64,000 nt of DNA, from the NCBI GenBank assembly GCA_030646715.1, contig JAUSLJ010000034.1:5423-69422 (forward strand), read 5' to 3'. This document shows, piece after piece, positions 46,412 to 53,749 of the stretch (positions are counted from its first letter, which is position 1; each line of letters starts with the position of its first letter). The position numbers were made by a program, and so were the translations under genes. Under the pieces are notes generated by a model. It worked only from the letters and a program-made list of their open reading frames with translations, was not told the DNA's origin and searched no databases. This DNA is from Agitococcus sp. GTDB lineage: Bacteria > Pseudomonadota > Gammaproteobacteria > Pseudomonadales > Moraxellaceae.

Positions 46412-48145
46412 ATGTCCTCAACGGTAACGCTGCAAATCAACTCTCAACGTCTGATTAAAAACTTGATGTTTTCTTTTACCAACAAGACCACTTTTTTGAG
46501 TGAGTTAATGCAAAATGCTCGGCGCGCAGGTGCCACGTTTGTGCGTTTTAGTTTTGATGAAGTGTGGCCTAATACCTTGGTCGTAGAAGATGATGGTGCG
46601 GGTATAGCTAACCTTCAAAATTTACTGACTATTGCGGAATCTGGCTGGGATGAAACTATTCAGGCGCAAGAAAATCCGTTTGGTATGGGCTTTATGTCGG
46701 CTTTGTTCGCCGCGCAACGTATCACCGTGCATAGCAATGGCAAACGCCTGAGCTTTGACCGTGAAGAAGCGTTAGAACAAAAGCCAATCATTGTCGAAGA
46801 TAGTCCAAAGGATAGCCAGAGTACCGATGTCAGTACCCGTATTGAACTTTACGGCATTGGTTTAACGCAGGCAGAAGTAATATCCGCCATTGAGACAGCC
46901 GCCCAAGGCTTTGCCATTAAAGTGTTTTTTAATGGTAAGGAGTGTCGTCGTCCCTTTGCATGGGATAATTTGATGCACAATTCCCCCTCGATATATGACG
47001 CAGTATTGTCATTACCGAATCTAGGCGGAATAGCATTCTCAACTCATAACACCGATTTTGAGGTCTATTTATTGGGCATTAAAGTCTATCAAAGTCAGAA
47101 GTACAAATACTTTGGCGGCCTATCAACTATCATCCATTTAGACCCAACGCTATTTACAGCAAGGCTGCCTGATAGACAATGTTTAATTGATGAAACCACG
47201 GCCGTAGAAACCATTAAACGGGTTATTAAATCGTGGTGGGCTCAGCACATTGAACCTCAAATCGGCGTTATTTCTGACGAGGCGTTAATCAGCAAATATT
47301 GGACTGTACTTACCCAATGGGACTTGCCTGATGTTTTGACGCAAATCAAAGCTATTCCAGCAAACTATTTTTGTAAATATACCGATACGCCGATGTGTTA
47401 TCGCTCCGATGGTGACTCTCGGAACAATAATATGGACGACCTCGACGGTAAGCTTATTACAGAGGAACAACTGCGTTCAGGTGATCTTATTGCTTGTCAC
47501 AATACGCCAGACTCCTTGTATGGCTACAATATGATTCCTGCGTTAATTGCCTATTTGAAAGGATGGATTATTCTCAAACAGCATTTGCCATTGAACCATT
47601 GGATTCATGACTATGCTCTCGACTTGGCTGAAGGCGAGCCAACGATTGCCTACCATGCAGAGGCCGAAGGTATGTTTTATGGCCGCGTAGATTTGTTGGT
47701 CAAAACCTACAAACAGCCAATCACTTTGTCATGGCAAGGGCATATTGTTGAGACGAGTGATGTCCCAGTTGTTTTTCATGACAGCCAATCGTACAAGTGC
47801 ATTGCCCTAGCACCCGATGTTTTCTTGACTGACAATCTTTTACTGATGGCTGATTCTTATAGCTACGACGAGTTTGAGCTTTTTGATGGTCAATTGGAAG
47901 ATGACGGGAATCAGTTGTGCTTGGTGATTCAGAGCCTCAACAATACCAGCCCTGCTCGGCTACTGGAAACGATCCTTAATCAAGGTCATTTCAATTTACC
48001 GAATGCCAAAGGTAGTGCGGTATTAGTGGTGACGGATGATAAAGGTAAGCGCAAGGTCGTTAATATGACCCATGTGCTTGCTGCTGATTTTGTGGGCGAT
48101 ATGGCTTACGAATTACAGTCATTGTTAACGGCTAATGCGGCTTAG
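46412..48145 (+). CDS. GHKL (Bergerat-fold) ATPase, stand-alone, 577 aa
   Basis: Motif I 'ELMQNARRAGA' (E..N), motif II 'VEDDGAGI' (DxGxG) and motif III 'NPFGMGFMSA' are present. The ~400-aa C-terminal region is unassigned. Confidence 0.7.
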   Translation: MSSTVTLQINSQRLIKNLMFSFTNKTTFLSELMQNARRAGATFVRFSFDEVWPNTLVVEDDGAGIANLQNLLTIAESGWDETIQAQENPFGMGFMSALFAAQRITVHSNGKRLSFDREEALEQKPIIVEDSPKDSQSTDVSTRIELYGIGLTQAEVISAIETAAQGFAIKVFFNGKECRRPFAWDNLMHNSPSIYDAVLSLPNLGGIAFSTHNTDFEVYLLGIKVYQSQKYKYFGGLSTIIHLDPTLFTARLPDRQCLIDETTAVETIKRVIKSWWAQHIEPQIGVISDEALISKYWTVLTQWDLPDVLTQIKAIPANYFCKYTDTPMCYRSDGDSRNNNMDDLDGKLITEEQLRSGDLIACHNTPDSLYGYNMIPALIAYLKGWIILKQHLPLNHWIHDYALDLAEGEPTIAYHAEAEGMFYGRVDLLVKTYKQPITLSWQGHIVETSDVPVVFHDSQSYKCIALAPDVFLTDNLLLMADSYSYDEFELFDGQLEDDGNQLCLVIQSLNNTSPARLLETILNQGHFNLPNAKGSAVLVVTDDKGKRKVVNMTHVLAADFVGDMAYELQSLLTANAA

Positions 48146-48160
48146 TTTAGTTTTAACCCC

Positions 48161-48194
48161 AAAACCCCGAAGCTTTGCTTTGGGGTTTTTCTTT
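48161..48194 (+). terminator. Rho-independent terminator (copy A of a repeated hairpin)
   Basis: AAAACCCCGAAGC-TTT-GCTTTGGGGTTTT followed by TCTTT, 16 nt after the GHKL gene stop. Confidence 0.75.
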
Positions 48195-48253
48195 ATCGGC
48201 GATCAATAGGGAGTGTATAAATTCAGCCTGTTTCTGTAACGAATCACGATTAC

Positions 48254-49672
48254 TCACTCATTTTTCTGCGTCAGCACATAAACCGTAGCCCGTCCCTGAC
48301 CTTGGCGTGTAATCAAACCAAGCTCTAACAACTCATTAAATAATGACTTTAACTTTGTTTCACTCAGTTGCAATAACGCCACTCCATCCGCACGGGTCAT
48401 TTTAGATCGCTCCAGTAAGTAGCGTAAAATCTGTTGTTGCTCAACACTTAATCGGGCGTAATCGGGCGCAATCAGACTTAATCGGGCATTATCGTTCGTA
48501 AATGCCACAGAATCTGGCTTTTGCGGGTGTGAATCGGCTGCTATCGGACGGTAAAGCTCCACATCGACAAAATCACCTGACTCTTGAATTTTTGGCTCTG
48601 GCAATCCTTGCGCGACACAGACTTGCCTAATGCGCTGCAAACCACTGCCCCACTGCTCAATATAGCCCAACGCCTTAAACACCCTAGCCAAAACCCGATT
48701 ACGAATCTCCGACCGACCCTCCGCCAGATCTTGCACCGTTAAGGTATTAGGAAACCCACCTGCTGATACGATGTTAAGCACATCGTCATAAATGCCAATT
48801 TTGATATTGCGGCCAAAATTGCTGTAATCGCGGTGGACATAGGCGTTAACTAATGCTTCCCGAATAGCACTCTCAGGGACTTCTAAACTATCAGTCCGTT
48901 GCAAGCCCTTGATCTCACCGCGTAAAAACAAATGGTTTTTAATGAACATTTCACTGTTTTCTAACTGAGCAAACAAATCACCTGTGTATTCTTTACGGTC
49001 TAAAAATACCTGCATATCTGTACCTTTAAACCGCGCACATTGCGTACTGACATGCTCAAAATAGCCTAGTAAAATCAGTAAGCCATAACTAGGGTAATCC
49101 TTACCCTGCACCGTTTGAATCAGCCGAAAATTACGCAACTTGGCTTCGTCCAAGACTTTATGCTGGGCGGAAAAACGCTGTGTTAAGGTGGATAAATCTA
49201 GCGTCGAAAGCTCTACATCCACACACGCTTCTTCATCAAAACTCAGGTGCTGCTTTTGTCGCTCTAGCTCGGCAATATAATCCAAACTGGCTGAGCGATT
49301 ACTTGCACCGACACGAATATAAACCCCGTCTGCTTTGCCTTTACTTTTTAAGAAGTAAGGTAATGATTGCCCACGAAACACCTCAACCATTAAAATCAGC
49401 TTGTCTTCAACATGACTGGTATAAATTTCTGGACGCAAGGTCGGGTGAATTTGCTCATACAAACTTGCATAAATACGGTCTTGGATATCTAAAACGCTGT
49501 CAGCATCCACACCCACCAATGAACCATTATCATCAACGCCAATCAATAGCTTGCCGCCACTGGTATTGGCAAAGGCAATCACGGTCTTGGCAATTTGTTC
49601 AAAGCGTGGCAGTTCGCGCTTAAATTCCAGCGTTTTACTCTCGCCCTGAGCAATCAATGACAGAACACTCAT
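48254..49672 (-). CDS. AlbA_2 (Schlafen-like 'divergent AAA') + HATPase_c_4-like + wHTH protein
   Basis: The N-terminus 'IAQGESKTLEFKRELP...VIAFANTSGGKLLIGVDDNG' is the classic AlbA_2 signature. 'REALVNAYVHRDY' is typical of the following ATPase-like domain. The C-terminus is wHTH-like. Confidence 0.8.
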   Translation of the reverse strand: MSVLSLIAQGESKTLEFKRELPRFEQIAKTVIAFANTSGGKLLIGVDDNGSLVGVDADSVLDIQDRIYASLYEQIHPTLRPEIYTSHVEDKLILMVEVFRGQSLPYFLKSKGKADGVYIRVGASNRSASLDYIAELERQKQHLSFDEEACVDVELSTLDLSTLTQRFSAQHKVLDEAKLRNFRLIQTVQGKDYPSYGLLILLGYFEHVSTQCARFKGTDMQVFLDRKEYTGDLFAQLENSEMFIKNHLFLRGEIKGLQRTDSLEVPESAIREALVNAYVHRDYSNFGRNIKIGIYDDVLNIVSAGGFPNTLTVQDLAEGRSEIRNRVLARVFKALGYIEQWGSGLQRIRQVCVAQGLPEPKIQESGDFVDVELYRPIAADSHPQKPDSVAFTNDNARLSLIAPDYARLSVEQQQILRYLLERSKMTRADGVALLQLSETKLKSLFNELLELGLITRQGQGRATVYVLTQKNE

Positions 49673-49788
49673 AACTTTACCTTCGCCACGTTCTCGACAA
49701 TATTTTTGCGTAATTTGTTAGCCATCTTCCTGAGCTGTTTTTCTAAAGGCTCTTCTTTAACTGTTTTTTCTACTTTGATACGAGCCAT
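49669..49788 (-). CDS. Small basic ORF (39 aa) translationally coupled to the AlbA_2 gene
   Basis: Not in the track because it is under 60 aa. The translation is MARIKVEKTVKEEPLEKQLRKMANKLRKNIVENVAKVKL. AGGA lies about 10 nt upstream, and the stop overlaps the downstream ATG (ATGA). Confidence 0.3.
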   Translation of the reverse strand: MARIKVEKTVKEEPLEKQLRKMANKLRKNIVENVAKVKL

Positions 49789-49979
49789 TGGGGTTTATCC
49801 TTTAACAAAATATTAAAATTGGTGGTAAAAATTTATATATTAAAAGTAAATACGCCACTAATCGTATTTACTACCAAAACAGATATTATTAAAAATAACC
49901 TATATCTTCACTAGTATGTCTTGGCTTTATTTTATCGTAAAAATGCCCTTCACAAATTGCAAAGGGCATTAAAGTTCAA

Positions 49980-50354
49980 TCAATCATCGCATGGAAACAT
50001 AATCGTTAATACAGGTTCGGCATTATCGCCAGGGCCAATATCAATAATCACGTTATGCATACTACTCACAGGCAAGTTTTCATCGCCGTAGCTAAAATTA
50101 ACACGTCGAGCATTTGGACGCTGTTTACTGGAGTAGATAGCCTCACTACAACAACGCGCAAGAAACGCAGTCAGTCTCAACGACTCAATCTCAGCATTAC
50201 CACTTTCAATAATGCTCGACCACAATGTTTGAGTAACCACCGTCGGTAGTCTAAAACCAACCTGACAGGCGCGCTCAGTGACATCAATCAGAACACCATC
50301 AGCAATAGCATTCGCTCGTGTATAACAGGACACAACCTCAAAATCTTCAAACAT
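49980..50354 (-). CDS. Conserved-looking small protein (124 aa), function unknown
   Basis: Clean ORF. 'VSCYTRANAIADGVLIDVTE' resembles small proteins I associate with plasmid/ICE leading regions. Family not verified. Confidence 0.45.
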   Translation of the reverse strand: MFEDFEVVSCYTRANAIADGVLIDVTERACQVGFRLPTVVTQTLWSSIIESGNAEIESLRLTAFLARCCSEAIYSSKQRPNARRVNFSYGDENLPVSSMHNVIIDIGPGDNAEPVLTIMFPCDD

Positions 50355-50407
50355 GATAAACCTTCTCAGTAGTTAAATTTGCACTGAAAAGACCTAGATT
50401 CATCACA

Positions 50408-51103
50408 TCATATTTTGATGGTGTCCGCACATAAATCGACAATGGAAATCACAGAGGTTTTTTGCCGCTTGATAAACGGCAGCCCTTCCAGTTTTGGCAG
50501 TGGCGCATCACCATGATGCGTCACCCACTGCTTCCGTAATCGACTAAATAGCTTGCCTACCTGCACACGCAGACCACGAAACATCGGCAGCCATAACAGG
50601 AGTTTTTTCGCATCCTCTAATGCTTGTTCGCCTGTTTTGGCACGTTTGGCGGTATCGTCAATTTTACTCTCAAAGACTTTATATTGACTGTCCACCAATC
50701 GCCATGTCCACGAACTACCACCGCCTGAATCACTAGGTTTAGTAAGCTGCACTAGCTCGAATCCCATGAGTGATAAACGCTCTTTTTTCTGCGTTAGGTT
50801 CTTTTTACCTTTTTCTAAAAGGTGGAAGTCGTTGTCACCATCGGTGGCCAACAAAATCCAAACCAGCTTTTTACGCAGCTTAACCCCTAAAAAATGGACA
50901 TTGCCGTACCCAGCTTTTTTACGCCGCGTGCGCTGCATCGGTGAAATATCGACATCATAAGCGGCATTTATCTTGTCAGAAAAGGCACTGACTTTGATGT
51001 AATCCGCTTCTTCAAAAGCACCTGAAACATACCAAATATAACCATCCGTAGCGTGCTGTTGAACACGTTGCAGGAAGGCATTTATGTTATCAAATAAAAC
51101 CAT
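50408..51103 (-). CDS. Hypothetical protein (231 aa)
   Basis: Clean ORF. No motif recognised. Confidence 0.45.
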   Translation of the reverse strand: MVLFDNINAFLQRVQQHATDGYIWYVSGAFEEADYIKVSAFSDKINAAYDVDISPMQRTRRKKAGYGNVHFLGVKLRKKLVWILLATDGDNDFHLLEKGKKNLTQKKERLSLMGFELVQLTKPSDSGGGSSWTWRLVDSQYKVFESKIDDTAKRAKTGEQALEDAKKLLLWLPMFRGLRVQVGKLFSRLRKQWVTHHGDAPLPKLEGLPFIKRQKTSVISIVDLCADTIKI

Positions 51104-51178
51104 ATTAAATATCTATTTATTAACCTATTCAATAACATAGCTTAACATATTCGAAGGTTATTTAATAATGAAAGATTC

Positions 51179-51210
51179 CAATTTCTAGGGGACATCTCCC
51201 CTAGAAATTG
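51179..51210. promoter_or_regulatory. Perfect 14-bp-arm palindrome CAATTTCTAGGGGA-CATC-TCCCCTAGAAATTG
   Basis: Read directly from the sequence. It lies about 75 bp upstream of the 231-aa gene start and at the 5' edge of the ORF-free structured segment. It could be an operator or an RNA hairpin. Confidence 0.4.
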
Positions 51211-51264
51211 ATTAAAATGGCGATGACGGTAAGCCATACCGTTGAGGCCAGCCAATGCTTGTTA

Positions 51265-51297
51265 CGAGTTGAGGCTGCCACCTCAACTCGGTTTTTT
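51265..51297 (+). terminator. Intrinsic terminator / attenuator-like hairpin
   Basis: CGAGTTGAGG-CTGCCA-CCTCAACTCG followed by GTTTTTT. A second copy of GTTGAGGC lies 25 nt upstream (51241-51248), allowing alternative pairing. Confidence 0.55.
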
Positions 51298-51309
51298 CCG
51301 TTCACAACT

Positions 51310-52294
51310 TGGAGCTTACTCTGAGTTAAATGCGGGTTGCCAACCCGCATAGTCTTATGCCGAAGCCGCATGCTTGTAATTAAGCTGGTGCGGCTACGTC
51401 GGGCGCTGGAAGGTGTAACTCCTTCCTTCGACCCAATCTCAGCGCACTGCGCCGAGACGAGGATTGGGCGACACGGAAACGGGTCTCTAGGTAACTAGAA
51501 TCACCCTGTTGACGACTGTGTGAGTAATCAATCTCACCCAGGGGTGGCAGGAAACTGTCGAACCTGTGACCACACGAGGGCTGCTGAGGGCGTAGAAATG
51601 CGTCAGGGACATGAGGAGAAATCTGGACTGTCTGGTACCAGCAAGAGGGGCAACCCCGCTGGATCGTTGTATAGCTCAACCGTGTAACGGGGACTCATAG
51701 AAGTCTCTGTGGGAATATGATGCGTATGCTGTCGCGGAGCGGCAGTAAGCCTGTGGTGACGACGATTGTGGGAGGTAAGCGAGCCGTTTTGGAATCTTGG
51801 GCCGCCGAAAACCTATTGGGTGAGGGGGAATACCCCAGCATATCCTGCAATCTGAGCCAGTACGCTAAGTATTGAACGTTGTCATCTAACGTGGGAACCA
51901 CTGACGGCCAATGAAGATGGGTGGCACCATCGAGGCGCAAGTGGGGGAGATTCACTGAGTAGGGTTTGAAATCAGGGGCAGACGGGCTGTTGTGTCCTTT
52001 GAGAGTACCGAAAGGTGGAGGCGTAAGCGTAGTGAACGGTTAAGCGCGTGGCAGCGCAAAACTGAGGAATTGCACTGGGAGTGGCATCTCAGTGCAATCC
52101 TATCGTGGAAACGGTAGGGTTCGGTATGGTTATTGGTACGAGTGATTCTCGTAAAAAATTCAATTAGGCCGTGGCTGGCCTCTGTATTGGCAGTACCAAT
52201 TAATTTCGGGCTTCTTCGTTTAGTCAAGGGCTTAATTCTACGGCGTGGAAAACCGTAACCCAAAGCCCCTCTCATTTCGAGAGGGGCTTTCTAT
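51310..52294 (+). ncRNA. Candidate large (~1 kb) structured non-coding RNA, class unknown
   Basis: The plus strand has no ORF of 60 aa or more across 51104-52657. The minus-strand ORFs fall in three frames and are not protein-like. The plus strand is G-rich. There are many stable hairpins, including GNRA-capped ones (51591-51602 CGUA-GAAA-UGCG; 52006-52017 UACC-GAAA-GGUG; 52099-52118 CCUAUCGU-GGAA-ACGGUAGG). Recurring GUGGCA/GUGGCU apical loops occur at 51916-51931, 52044-52057, 52069-52098 and 52166-52181. The segment ends in a strong terminator at 52262-52294. The 5' end is not defined. Confidence 0.5.
52262..52294 (+). terminator. Rho-independent terminator closing the structured segment
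   Basis: AAAGCCCCTCTC-ATTTC-GAGAGGGGCTTT followed by CTAT. The stem is a 12-bp GC-rich perfect match. Confidence 0.6.
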
Positions 52295-52347
52295 ACCTAT
52301 GGCTTGAAGAAAGTTATTTAGTCGTATATTTATAAATCAGTTATTTA

Positions 52348-52451
52348 TTGACTCTAGTTGAATATCCAATTATTATTTCATTTCGACACTGGCTTCTGCT
52401 TAGTAGTTGAAATTGCATCATAAAGGCCAGTTTACTGGCCTTTATTTTTTT
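52348..52451 (+). ncRNA. Candidate small RNA (~70 nt) with its own sigma70-type promoter and terminator
   Basis: TTGACT (52348-52353), a 17-nt spacer, then TATTAT (52371-52376). No ATG occurs downstream. The terminator AAAGGCCAG-TTTA-CTGGCCTTT + ATTTTTTT lies at 52422-52451. Confidence 0.4.
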
Positions 52452-52657
52452 GGTTATAAAAACCACTTAAATTATTATCACTATTATTAATAGAGTCTTA
52501 TTTATAATATATCTTAGCGCAAGATGCTATACTATAAAAAATATCAAGCTCTTGGTCGAACACCACATTTGGTGACAAATGCGTTGCCCTTCAACAACAT
52601 TCACAATAGTGGGAAACTATTAACTCTGTAATTTAAGCATGCTTAAATGTTAATCGC

Positions 52658-53749
52658 CTAATTTAATATTATCCCAAATTCTCTTTGGTATTTAGATGTG
52701 ACTTGATAGCCATGCTCCACAAGTCTATCAAATTCTGACTCACTTAATCGTTTAAGAGTCGTCGGAAAATTAGCTGAAAATAAAGCTGACGGACAGGGCC
52801 GCATTTCGCTAATTGGCTCTCCAATGTAAAGATATGCTCCTCTATTTACACCTTTCAAAAGATAGGCCACAAAAGTTCTAACTCGCAAAGCACGCGCTTG
52901 GTCAGACATGATGTCATTAACCCTCTTCATTCGCCACGGATTCAACGCTCCAAGTGAGAAACCCTGAGCCAGAGGAGCTCCTGCATCCGAAACTACGAGA
53001 GCTACTTCGCTTGGAAGATTGCCCTTTACCTGTCCTTTACCTGCGTCAAAGAATGGCTCCAACCCTAAATTATCATAGACTCCACCGTCATATAAGTGCA
53101 GTTTCGGATATAGGGGAGTAACAGGTTTAGCTTGCTCTGGAGGTTCATTCCACGGCCTTTTATGCCATTCATAACTTGAAGCATCAATCACAAGTGGCCC
53201 AATTCCACCTGGAAATGCTGCCGAAACAGCAAGAGCATTTGCCAATGGGAAATGACTGGAAGAGGCATAACCCAAGACATAGTCCCCCAGATCTTTTTGC
53301 TTAAAACGGAACCGTTTTCCTGTCTCGGCTGTTGTCCCATTGATTGACCACTCGGGCGTCACTGGTAGATCAGCAAGCGTTCCTGAAACCTGCCAAGACT
53401 CACGCAATGCCATGGCGACCAAGTTGGCACGTGACAGCAAAAACCGCCAATTAGAGGGATGACGCAATTGACTTATGGCATCATTCATCAAACTCCGAGA
53501 ACACAACTTCTGTCGCAAAGTCGGCATGACTAGCTCTTGGAACACTTGAGATGTTGGCCATTGCAAGCTCGTTTCTTGCAGTATGAGCCCCAAAATCAGA
53601 CTTCCTCCCGATACCGTGGAAATATGACTCACTTGTTCCAAAGCCTTATTTTCTGCCAGCCAACGGAGAACCCCCAAATGGAAGGCCATTGCTCTTATTC
53701 CTCCGCCTGACAAGGCTAAAGCAATAGGCATATTTTGCGCTTCGCTCAA
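52658..53749 (-). CDS. Patatin-like phospholipase
   Basis: It has the oxyanion motif 'LSGGGIRAMAFHLGVL', a nucleophile-elbow-like 'TVSGGS' and the catalytic Asp motif 'YDGGVYDNLG'. Its start overlaps the upstream gene stop by 4 nt. Confidence 0.85.
   Translation of the reverse strand: MSEAQNMPIALALSGGGIRAMAFHLGVLRWLAENKALEQVSHISTVSGGSLILGLILQETSLQWPTSQVFQELVMPTLRQKLCSRSLMNDAISQLRHPSNWRFLLSRANLVAMALRESWQVSGTLADLPVTPEWSINGTTAETGKRFRFKQKDLGDYVLGYASSSHFPLANALAVSAAFPGGIGPLVIDASSYEWHKRPWNEPPEQAKPVTPLYPKLHLYDGGVYDNLGLEPFFDAGKGQVKGNLPSEVALVVSDAGAPLAQGFSLGALNPWRMKRVNDIMSDQARALRVRTFVAYLLKGVNRGAYLYIGEPISEMRPCPSALFSANFPTTLKRLSESEFDRLVEHGYQVTSKYQREFGIILN

Noticed and set aside
51380-52275. Minus-strand ORFs of 99, 86 and 107 aa in the gap between the 231-aa gene and the patatin gene
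   Set aside because: They fall in three different frames. They have no plausible starts or RBS and have Arg/Pro/Ser/His-rich non-protein-like sequences. The region is better explained as a G-rich structured RNA on the plus strand.
51310-52294. Known RNA classes for the structured segment (group II intron, rRNA fragment, RNase P RNA, tmRNA)
   Set aside because: - For a group II intron, I found no domain V-like hairpin (AGC triad / ...GUACGGUUC) and no IEP ORF. The GUGCG at about 51389 has no convincing 5' context.
- There is no resemblance to the conserved RNase P (GGAAAGUCC), tmRNA or 16S/23S strings that I recall.

This rejection is by eye only. An Rfam scan is needed.
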